Below, in pieces: positions 25,369-36,435 of a stretch of 64,000 bases of DNA. The first letter of the stretch is position 1; the number at the start of each line of letters is the position of its first letter. The notes beneath the pieces were generated by a model that was given only the letters and a program-made list of their open reading frames with translations, searched no databases and was not told the DNA's origin. A program made the position numbers and the translations under genes. The stretch is taken from the NCBI RefSeq assembly GCF_964188315.1, contig NC_135655.1, positions 82,894,001 to 82,958,000 on the forward strand, written 5' to 3'. The DNA is from Podarcis muralis. Taxonomy: Eukaryota.

Positions 25369-26060
25369 TAGTTTAAGTTGCCATTCTTCTTTAGCTGGGA
25401 GTTTGCTTGCTTTCCAAATCCTCCATTATTTCCTTCAACTCATCCTGGTGAAAGAAGCTGCAGCTAGCACTTCTCTCCCGATCTTTTGAAGCAAACCCAC
25501 CTCATTCTTATCCAGGAACACAGCCAATTCCTCTGCATCCGTGGGATCCAATCCCACAAGGCCTGTGGCTACAATCGCAAGGAACAGTTCTGTTAACGGT
25601 TCACTCACTCTAGTATAAATTTATGTAAATTACCCCTCCTAATCAAAGGGGTAAAGTTACCAAGTTACCAAGTTACCAAGCTGGAAAGAGGACTCCAACT
25701 GCAAAGGTCCGTGTTGCTGTTTTGGACAGCAGGTGAGCAGTATAAGAGAGCTTCTTCCTGTAGTTCACAAGAGGTTTTTGTTTATCAGAGTTGAGCTGGA
25801 AGGAAGGTGAGGGCTTTCCTGTTATAGTTAGAAGCTCAGGGGGAGCTGTGCCATCTGACACTGGGGTGTAGACATAGGGGTTAAATAAGTAATAAAAATA
25901 ATAATGCCCATCTGACTGGGTTGCCCCAGCCACTTCAATGACAAAAGACTTCTCAGTTTGGGGATTCTGGTGAGCAGCAAAGAACTGATCTCTCTCCCAG
26001 GTGCTTATCACAGGCATTGTTTCTGCTGGTACCAGCCCATCGGCTTTCACCTCCCAAGCT

Positions 26061-29000
26061 ATGTTGATCCTATCCTGTGCGTCCAAGTTGCAGTTGCTGG
26101 AGACGCTGCTGAAGAGAAACCTCCCTCAGACAGTTGCGGTAATCTTGATCTTTGTAATCTGGTTTAAGAGCTAGGAATGGGGACAGGTTCCTGACAACAT
26201 CTCTTGATCTTTCCAAAACTCTACATTTTGAATCTGAGAACACCATTATATGTTACATTTTTAGGTGCATGCCTTAAGAGTTTACGTTCAAAACGAAGGT
26301 GCTTGAAAATGTGTCTATCATGTTGATATGCTCAGCAGAGAGTTAGGATTTGTGAGAAATATGTGTAATATGTGACATGGCCTTGTGGGCTCCTAGATTT
26401 TGTTAATCAGCTGGTTAACAGGAAGTCCTCAGTCAAGGTAATACCATTCAAGGGCTAGTCACAAACAGTGGGGATTCATGCAGCAGATTAAATTCTGAAT
26501 TAGGGGCCACACCACCGATTCTCTCCTCAAATGTTTGTCCCAGGCTGCTTCTTTCAGCTGGAACACCAAGGGAAATTGACAGATTCTCCTGTCCCTTGTG
26601 CTCACTCAGATCAGGACACCCCACTCAAGGCATGCAGCAGATACAAGCCTGACACACCACACCACGTTTTCTCTCCCCGACCCCACACATTTCTCCCAGC
26701 CTGCCTCCTTCAACTGCAGCACCAACATCCTCTGACTTTTGACAGGTCTATGGTGCAGTCGTGAATATAAACCGTGGGAACCCAGTGGGCCATGAGGTGA
26801 TTGTGGATTCTTGGCCAGATTGCAAAGTGGTCCTGACTCGTCCACGGACAGAGGTAGTAGCCTTTGGGGATTTTGTGGGAGGTGCTTTGTGGGATGTCAG
26901 CAGGAAATGCTGCGTGTTCTGTGCTGGGACTCTGAGCCAGGCTCAAAATGAAAGGGGATGTTGGCTTTTGTTTAGGAGGCAGAGCCACCTTTCACCTTTG
27001 TGGTGCATTGCGCCAGGGCGCCGGCCTCTCAGGGCTGCCCCAGCAAGTGGGGGAGCTGCGTGGTTTTGCTGGCAGCCTCCCCTTTCCCTGCACGCCTGCC
27101 AGCTGTGCCCGCAGAGGCTTGGGATGGAAGCTGTGCCCCGCCAACAATATGGCTGGCGGGTACACAGCCTCTGTGGGGATTGCTCTCCTGCTGCAGCTTG
27201 TGGGAGAGTTAACCCCCCCTCAAGGCTGGCAGGGCGCACTCCCCCCCCCACTACCCGTGGTAATTTGGGGGCACGGGGAGGATATTTGAACCCTGGCGCT
27301 GCATCTGCTAAAGACAACCCTGTTAGGAGGGCACATTTGGCATTAGAGCAGGTCAAACTTCACCCATCATTTCATCTCAACATCAGGAAAAGCTTTACCT
27401 GTTAAAGTGTCAGGAATTTTAACAGAATAAATTTGGCAACCTGAGAAGAACTGGTTAGAGAAGGGCATGGCAGGGAGCCTATCCTAATGAGTTCCATCTC
27501 CCTCTCTTTTAGGCTGATACAGACAATACAGATTTGTATAAAAACATATACGCAGCCTTTTACTGGGATCTTGATGTGTACCGGAGACTGTTGCTGGACA
27601 CAGATGCTGTCAACTGGAAGCAAACCTTTCGTCTCTTTGGTAGAAGACATTCTTTCTAAGGGAAAAGTTATGAGATGAGAGAGTCCCCCCCCCTCATTAA
27701 TGTAAACTGTGGTGGCTGGTTCTCATTGGAACTGGTAGGGCAGAAGGCAGGGAGACCAACATAGGTGGATCCAGAACCCATAATAGGCAGCATTTGCCTT
27801 CTACGAGAGGCAAAACTGAGACTGAGGAGGAAGCTGATAGAAGTGCCTCCCCCCCCCCCCCCCAGATTTGATGAAAGTAAAAAGCAGGTGGGAGAAGCTG
27901 GCTGTGGGCATTCACCCTGAAAGACCAGCCTCCACTGAATATAAAGTGTAGGACCAGCACGGCCATCAGGCGGAGTGAGGCAGCGGATGCCCGAAGGTGG
28001 TACCCTCGCTTGCCCCAATAATAATAGTAATAGTAATAATATGAATGCTTTTAAAATGTCGATATCAGGTGTCAAATTGGAAGATGGGTAGGGGGCTTTA
28101 ACATTTTGCCCCCTACTGCGGGCCTGATGCACTGAACAACTTCTTGCCCTATCCTCAAAAAACATACACATATATCCTTCTCTTTGTTGTTGAATATTTA
28201 CAATTTTACAGGGAACCAGAATGGGATCTATGATGTCTCTAAAGATGCTGCTGCCGCCAAGAAAATACATCTGACTGCAACTCCCCACTTCACCTACCTG
28301 AACCCTAACCCAGATAAAATGCCTCAGCGCCAGTAAGTGTCCACCTTGCTCACCCCTTTCTTCCTTTCTGCTTGAGGCACTGGTTAACCTGTGGTGCTTC
28401 CAGTTGGAGAAAATGGTCAAACCTTGCATTCACTCTTTCCAAGTCTGCCTTCTCCTGGCTGGCACAGCAAAGTTTCCTAAAGATGTTTTGTCTATTAATG
28501 GCTATGTTGACACCATAAAGCAGCCCATGTGTGCAAAAGCAAAATGGTTTCCTGCTTGCGACTTACTCAGGTTGCTGGCCAGTGTTAACATGTGTTGGAC
28601 TAGATGATCTGAGCCAAAAAGGTGGTTCCTGGGTTCTCCTAACATCTCTGTCTATATTGTTCTTGCCTGTCATTTCTTCCAGGCTAGATCCCAGCTTCAC
28701 AATTTCCACCTTGAAAAGCTCCCATGTTGACATCCTAAATGAAACATGGCACCATGGGGGCAATGAACAAAGCCGACGGTACCTGGACAACATAGTGAAA
28801 TGCTTCCCCAATATCTGCATCCTGGACAGCAATGGTCATCCTATCAGCTGGGGCATCACAGATCCACTTGGTGCACAAATACATGGCTACACCCTTCCAT
28901 CCCACCGCCGAAGGGGCTACTTAGCTATAGTATTGAGGGCACTGTCCATGAAAAGCCATGTGGCAGGGTACCCTGTATATGGCCATACTGCCTTGAATAA

Positions 29001-29085
29001 TGTCCAAATGCAGAGGTTGCTGGAATATATGGGCTCCCAGAGATTATCTGAATTGTGTCATCTCTGCATACATTCTTCAGTTTAG
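26061..29085 (+). CDS. GLYATL3-like: Glycine N-acyltransferase-like 3-type protein G2a, 278 aa, intact
   Basis: Exons 26061-26138, 26746-26853, 27513-27639, 28212-28332, 28683-29085. [14 protein letters not shown]..., [30 protein letters not shown] probable 5' UTR intron at 25733-26000 is conserved in G2b and G3. Confidence 0.92.
26980..27322. mobile_element. hAT MITE in G2a intron 2
   Basis: 8-bp TSD ttaggagg at 26972-26979 and 27323-27330; degenerate CAG(G/A)G termini; absent from the G2b and G3 paralogous introns. Confidence 0.8.
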
Positions 29086-29497
29086 TAAAGGGAGGAGGAG
29101 AGAGTCCCAAAGTATCTCCTCTCTTTGACTTCAGTAGCTCTCTGAATGAAAGAGAAACAAACCCATCACTCCACCAATCCCGGAGTTTCCTGTCCCTCTC
29201 TTATACATATTGGTTTTAAAAAATATTTCACATAAGGTACCTTAAGCCATATATCTAGAATGGTCAACCAGCCAAGCAATGGTCTAATGATATAATAGTG
29301 AAGCACTAGCATTTCCAATGCTTTTGGGGGGGGTGGTATTGGTTTGTGTGTTTGTGTTTTGTTTGTTTGTTCTTGATTTTATTACGTATTTTGTGTTTTT
29401 ATATTGTATTTTTATGTTGTGAGCCGCCCTGAGATCTATGGATGAAGGGCAGGGTATACAAATTTAATAAAGAATGCATAAGTAAGTACCATTAGGC

Positions 29498-31126
29498 CAG
29501 CGGTGTCCAAAATTTTCAAAGAGGGCCAGATTTGATTAAGTGAGGAGCCATAAGGACCAACCAAAGTTGTTGATGGTGGGGATGCAGGGTGGTAAGACAA
29601 TTTTGGAATGAGACAAATGAGGAGATCCTCAGGAGCTCTATTTCAAAAAAAGCAGTCATACTTATTGAGTCTATTAACAAACAACATCCCCAAGGACAAA
29701 AGGAACATATTTTTGTATATAACTGCAGCCGCAAGAATACTTACGGCAAAATACCCTGCCCGAAGATTAAAGCCTACTGGGAAATGATCTATAATGAAAT
29801 TAAAAAGGTCCTTAAATGGACATTTTCTAAAAAACCAGAGGCTTTTCTCCTGGGCATGGTGGGCCAATTGGTGCCAAGGAAGGACAGATTTTTTTTCATG
29901 TATGCTACCACAGCAGCAAGAATTCTTCTAGCAAAGTATTGGAAGACGCAGCAGCTACCCACTCTGGAAGAATGGCAAGCGAAGGTGATCGACTACATGG
30001 GAATGGCAGAGATGACCGGCAGAATCCGTGACCAGGGGAGTGAGACAGTGGAAGAAGATTGGAAGAAATTTAAAATATACCTTAAAAATTGTTGTAACAT
30101 TGAGGAGTGCTGAGATGTTATGGTGTTAAGAAACAGAGAATTGCAGCTGTAAATCATGAATCTAAGGGAATTATAAAGAAGACGAGTTAATTAATTAAAT
30201 GGAGGGTTGCTGTTAAAAGGAAAAATAAGGATGCAGAAAAAGGGAGGTATGGGGAAGTCCGGGAAATAAGGTGAAGGAAAATGAGTTTATGAAATTATAC
30301 ATGTTTATTTGTTTGTATGTTTTATTCTGTTTTATTGTTTGTTGTTATTACATGTTTGGAAAATTAATAAAAATTATTTTTTTTAAAAAAAAGAATACTT
30401 ACGGCAAAATATAGGAAAACAGAAAAAGTACCACAACTGACAGAATGACAAATTAAGATTTGTGAGTTTGACGAGATAGCAAAAATGACTGCATCACTCA
30501 GGGGCTGCTCCAAACAAAAAACGTTATACAGAATGGGAATGCAGAGGGGAATACATGAAGAAATATGGTGTTAAAGCAGAACTTTTAATAGGCAATTGTT
30601 AAGCGTGTAAGGACAAAAGAAGTAATTCTAATTTAACAGTTTTCATGTTATTCTATCTTATTAAAGCAACTGAGGGGGGGAGGAAAACTTATGACGGGAA
30701 GAAGAGGGGAGGAGGGGAGGCTTAGGTTGAATTCAGGAAGTAAAATAATATATGGGACAGCAAAGGATATAATAGATTCTTATAGAATAGTAATATATGG
30801 TAACCAGAATAGAAATTTAAAAGGGGAAGTAAATGAATTTTTAGTATTTTTATTATTGTAATAGTTCTTATTATTTCTTATTGGTAGGAGGCAATGTTAA
30901 TTTAGGCTTCTTCGTTTTGCTGTCTGTATAATTTTCTTAAGAAAATAAAAATATATATGCAAAGTTGACCTTTTTTTAAGGGTGGAATTTCCTGAGCTTT
31001 TTTAAGGGTGGAAGTTGCTGAGCTTTTTTTCAGGATTTTACCCCAGGAAATAAACTGCCACGGGGGGCCAGATTAAACCGACTGGTGGGCCGGATTAGAC
31101 CCCGAAGCAGACTTTGGATATGCCTG
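29498..31126. mobile_element. hAT (Charlie-like) element swollen by nested L1 fragments
   Basis: Termini cagcggtgtccaaa / tttggatatgcctg; 8-bp TSD cattaggc (29490-29497, 31127-31134); empty site at 48796-48803; right arm also ends at 17584. Confidence 0.8.
29754..30390 (+). mobile_element. 5'-truncated L1 3' end inserted into an older L1
   Basis: ORF2 C-terminus (KKPEAFLLG...AARILLAKYWK...EEW), A-rich tail, 21-bp TSD aagaatacttacggcaaaata. Confidence 0.85.
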
Positions 31127-31514
31127 CATTAGGCCAACCAAAATATCACAATATATTGCGCATGTTTTTGAGTTCTCCCAAAAGTCACAGGTTGGCAATA
31201 GTGGCCAATCTTTTTTGGGACCATGGGCATATTTGCAAACCTGATAAAATGTCATTGACAACCGCTCACATTTGCACTGCAGCCACACACTCACTCTAAA
31301 CCCTACCCACCCGCAGTCTCACCAGCAATTACACTTGAAAAAGACATTTTCTGTTTTTAAAAATGTAACACCAGGGGTGCTCTTTTTGGAGAGCGCACCA
31401 GCGGAAGAGTTAACCTTTCATCTTCCTGCAATTTCCAGGAAGATCATCCCACAACAATTACATTGGAGCCAGTAGTATGCTTTGTTTCCAAATCTAGTTG
31501 TAACAGAAGAGGGG

Positions 31515-32135
31515 AGGGATAAGAATTTTAAGGACATATATAAAAAAAATTTCTCTGCAAGGTCAAAGTGGGAAACCTCCCCATTGTCTCTTTCCTCACA
31601 AATCCTGTCCTCACAAATCCTGTCTTAAGGGCACATTCAAGATATGAACAGGGTGTGAGCCTGTGACCAAGATTCAGGAATTAAGTAGTTATAATAACAA
31701 AAGAGTGGCTAAAACCCAGATAATGCAATCAGGTAACATGCCAGACAGGAGATAAACAACTCACTCAGATTTCTGTTGTAGACCGCCTTTTCTGTGATGT
31801 AGATATGATGTACCTGGCGGGTGGTCTTGGGCTACACCACTTCTGTGATGTATGCATGATGTTTCTGGGATTGGTCCTGGACTCCAGGGCAGGCCATTTA
31901 AAATGTCTATATAAGGGCTTGCGCACATTTCTTGGGTTCCTCCTCCTCTCTCCTACGTGTTGGGGAGCACCCTGTTGCAACAGTTAATAAAGATCAGGCT
32001 TACTAGCTGCTTTACTTCTCAATATTCTCTGGTCTCTGTTATTTTCTACTACCAATAGAGAACCAACTAAAGGACTCTATATGGGTTCTTGGGTACCCCA
32101 TAAGGGAAAAGGAGCAGGTTTTTTTGCTTATATCA
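31515..32135 (+). mobile_element. Solo LTR (paralogous copy 49184-49807)
   Basis: 5-bp TSD agggg; the unit 2 copy has tgttataag...cttatatca termini; internal TATATAAG and AATAAA; empty site near 18133. Confidence 0.85.
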
Positions 32136-32304
32136 AGGGGCAATTTTGGAAATCACACCTGGAGAGGGAAGAGTTAACCTTTTCTTCCTCAGCTATGCCC
32201 CCCATCACCTCTTCCCATACCAGGTCAGCTTAATCACCTACTATAGAAGGCTTTCTCATCTCTAAAAAGGAAGGACTGGTTGTTACTCAGGTCTGCTTCT
32301 ATCC

Positions 32305-32519
32305 TTTGTTGTTGTTTAGTTGTTTGGTCGTGTCCGACTCTTCGTGACCCCATGGACCAGAGCACGCCTGGCACTCCTATCTTCCACTGCCTCCAATACT
32401 TTGGTCACCTCATGAGAAGAGAAGACTTCCTGGAAAACACCCTGATGTTGGGAAAGATTAAGGGCACAAGGAGAAGGGGACGACAGAGGACGAGATGGTT
32501 GGATAGTGTTCTCGAAGCT
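32305..32519. mobile_element. Short BovB/RTE insertion with 5' inversion, unit 1 only
   Basis: Reverse-complemented BovB tail (ttgttgtttag...gtccgactcttcgtgaccccatgg) abuts a sense upstream BovB piece (gagaaggggacgacagaggacgagatggttgga); TSD gcttc(c/t)atcct; empty in units 0 and 2. Confidence 0.8.
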
Positions 32520-33751
32520 TCCATCCTTAGGTGAACATTAAATCATAGTTGAGTTTTAACTGTGGTTTAAAGTTATGTATGAACCAGCTCACTGTGTACT
32601 CTGGATCGACTTATCAAAATTTGGCACCAAGACAGAAGATATATATATATACCCCTGGTGTATAACTTGGAGTGCATTTTCTTGGATTCTTACTGAAACA
32701 GATTGAAAGGGAGCTTCTACCCCACAGAGGAGGTTGGGCATCCTGACTTTTGCATGTTGTCAGAGCTCATCCCATTACCACATTGCAGTGAAATGAGAAA
32801 GGGACCCTGGTGAATGAATACCTAGCTGTCCTGCTCTGAACTTGAAACAAAGTAGATCTGTGCAGGGTTGAGAAGACTTGGCCAAGTGTAAGCAGGGGCG
32901 TACCTAGGGATTGGTTAGGTTGGCCCCCGCTCCTAGGGGGGCGTCAATATCACGCCCCTCAACTCTGGCTTGGAGGGGTGGAGCGCCCAGCAGGGCGGCT
33001 TCAGAGTTGATGATACAGCTCCTTGCCAAGGGCGCATGGAAGCCTGGACATAAGTCATAGTATATGCCGAATCTCTCATGTTCTCTGGACTTGTGACCAT
33101 CTGAGTCAAGCAAAAGCATTTTGCAGCCAAACTTCCTTCTCTGTTGAGACACTGGGAAAAAGGCCAAGGCACCAGCCTGTTAATGGCTTATTGCTTCAGG
33201 AATTTTTTTTTTAAATGCTTAAGTGGATAAATTGTCTGAGCAAGGATGGCATTCCATATCATGCCAGTGGCCCAGCAATAGGCTGCTACCTTCTTCTCAA
33301 AGGCAGACGTGTCCCTTCAGGTAAGCACTGCAGCTGTCATTGTGGATCTCTGAAGGGGACAACCTAATCCCCGTGAATAAGAGGGACTCAAATCTTCTTG
33401 CCTACCAATTCAGCTCTGCCTCAGTGCTAGAAAAATGAGGAAATGGTTTGACGAGCTGCAAAGGGGAGTTGGGGACTGTCTGAATGAGGGGCAGCCAGTG
33501 TCGATCTCCTCAGCCGGAATAGGAGTCAACTCCATATATCCCTGATCTACAGACATAATTAGTGAAGTAATTTGAGTACTAGAGATTTCGTGAGAAATGG
33601 CAAGTCATTCTGGTTGTGGGTTGTCCGGTAGCAGTGAGTGTAAGGGTCTGATGCATTTCTTTCTGCGTTTCGTCCCCTTCAAGGGCTTCCTTCCCCCCCA
33701 CGTTATCTTGACTGGAACCTGACGTAGCCCCCAGCCCCTCTTTGGCCAGCC

Positions 33752-36274
33752 ATGCAGATCCTGACCTGCCCCTCCAAGTTGAAGCTGCTTGAGACTGTGC
33801 TGCAACGGCACCTGCCCCAGGCTCTTCCGGTAATCCTCGCTCCTCTACTGCCGCCCCCTTTCCCCATCAATTTAACAATTCCTACCATTTTCTCATGGAG
33901 CAACATGGATTTTTGCTCTAGCTAACTCCCCTCCTTTCCTTGGCAGGCCAACGGAGCTGTGATGCACATCAACCGCAGAAATCCAGCTCAGCACGAAGTG
34001 GTGGTGGACTCTTGGCCAGAGTTTAAAGTTGTCCTTACCCGCCCATGTAAGGAGGTGAGAATTCTCCCATAACCCGTCACCTGAACCTGTGAGAAAAAGC
34101 CCAAGAGACGGTAGCTTCTGAGGCTGGAAAACCATTGGAGACGCAGTCCGTGGTGATGCCGGGCCTGTTCCTGCCTCCTTTGCCTTTTCTTGCTCCTGCT
34201 CTCCCTTGTTAATAAGACCCAACCAACCCCCGCTACCTGCGTCCTGTCAATAGCCAAATGACTGTGCCACGTTCTGCAGGTAGTGAAAGACAAGCAAGAT
34301 TGCTACTCCAACTTTCATACTGCTTTCTACTGGGATGGAGACGCCTGGCGAACACTCTTGGAAAATGCAGACGCCATTGACTGGGGAAAGGCCTTTCAGC
34401 TTCAAGGTAAAGCTTCTCACCCTCTACTTATTCCATTCCTGGAATAGCAAAGCTAGCTTCCCGGTAAGGTGATGAGACATTGAGAGGTACAAAGGAAGTG
34501 GCTCTGTGTGGGATGGAAAATGGGTGGGTAGTTTGAAGGGCAAAGGCTGAGTTAAGAGCAGAGGATTGGAGTGATGTGAGCTAGAAGCACATTAGCAAGC
34601 TGGGAAGAGAGAAAGAGAGCAATGTTTGATTTCTGTTTAAATAGAAGGCTGTGAGCATGTTGAAAACGAGTCCCTCTTGGGGTGTTAATACTGCTCAGGT
34701 TGTGTATATGTGTAAATAAACCACATGCCACAGAGACACCACAGTCTCTGCTGTACCTCATTCCAAAGGAAACACCAACCTTGGGTAAGCGCCAGGAATC
34801 CTGGAATTTCTCACTGCTCAAAGACTGGCTGGCACACAACACTATAATCATACGATAGCAAGAGAGGTGCAGACACAGAGCATTAGAAAATATAATTCCT
34901 CACCCCCAGGTTGACATCTCATTTTCATTGTGTGCAGGGCTCCAAGATGGCTTATATGAAGCTGCCAGAGAGATTGCAGAATCCAGAAGTGTCAGTCTTA
35001 AGCCATACTTCTACCGGACATTCCTGCATCCTGACCCATCTGCCTACTGTCAGAGCCGGTTAGTGAGTGCATATTATTTGTGGACTGAAAATAACAACAG
35101 CAAATATTCAGTATTCATTGGACTGTTTTCTGTTCTGGAAAAGGGCTGACTAGCTGAACACCAGCAATTTCTGCTTCTATTTTCATCAGAATTCTCAAAC
35201 ATTCCTCCTCATAATCAGTAAGCAGTGAATTGTAACCCAACACCAAGTTCCACATCTGATTGCTATGTCCTGGCTTAGTTCTGCCCACAAAACAGGAGGA
35301 GAAAGTCACAGAGTCACTTCCTGAGCTTTCTCTTGCCACTTCCTGTTCATTTGTTCCAGTTGATGGTGATGAAATACTTTTTAAGCTTTCAGTCTGCTCA
35401 ACCGCCATCACTGTCGCGCAGCGGTAAATTAATCATAGCAGAGAGTCTTCTTTATAAACAGAATAAAACTTTACTGAAGAAAATAAACTTATTCAGAAAC
35501 CACATAGTTAAAGAGCATACACAGAGTGCTCATAGCAGCTATCTGACTCTTCACAGAGGTCCTGGAGCCACTGTGTCTGCCTCAGCTTTACATGGCAACA
35601 GCAACAGCACTGTTCACAGACTACTCCATACCCAATCCATACAGCTCTCTGACTGAGGCCCATAGAGAGGCTGGCTACTTTTACAGAGAGAATGAGTCTT
35701 CACCCAAGATGAGCCACAAGTCACAGTGACTTAGCAGTTTGCTGTTAGCAGGCTTAGGCTTGAATGATTGTGTAGGCCTTGTAGGCCTTACTGCTTCTTC
35801 TGCTCTCAAGAACCTTTGTCTCATGAAAATCACTGCTTCTCTTTGTATTTCAGGTACAGAAGTGGCCACTTCCACTTCGGCAGCCTAAACTCCTCTCATT
35901 CAGCTCTGCTCAATGAAAACTGGAGTGTTGGGCGCAATGATTGGAGCCTACGCTATCTGGACAGCCTGATCCACAACTTCCCTAGCGCTTGCCTCCTGGA
36001 CAAAGAAGACCAGCTGGTTTCCTGGTGCCTTAGTGATCCAATGGGAAGTTTGGCGCATGGCTACACTCTCCCTCAGTACCGAGGTCAAGGCTGTGTGGCA
36101 GCTGTGACAAGGGCAACAGCTGTGAAGTTGCACGCATATGGGTTCCCCCTGTTTGGTGGGGTTTTGGCAGACAACCAGCCTAGCAAACAGACATTGAAGC
36201 GGCAAGGATTCCACATCTTGCCCTTGGCGAAGTATGCGCTTTTCTTTACACCAAGCCTCCAGCCCACAAGATAA
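33752..36274 (+). CDS. GLYATL3-like: Glycine N-acyltransferase-like 3-type protein G1b, 284 aa, intact
   Basis: Exons 33752-33829, 33947-34054, 34280-34406, 34938-35058, 35854-36274; open frame, canonical splice sites. Confidence 0.93.
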
Positions 36275-36435
36275 TACACTGCAACCTTTCGCTCCCAGAA
36301 CTGTGCACTTCAGGGTTAGTTAACATCATGGCCATATTTAGTAGCCTGCTCTGGACATATTTAAAATTAAATTGAAATACATAGCAAAGCAGCTATTGCA
36401 GCTACTTTTCATACCCGATAAGAATTAAGGTTAAA

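Noticed and set aside
25673-26086. 137/152-aa minus-strand ORF repeated at 42246-42704
   Set aside because: Antisense to the G2 5' UTR and intron; recurs only because of the segmental duplication and has no protein features.
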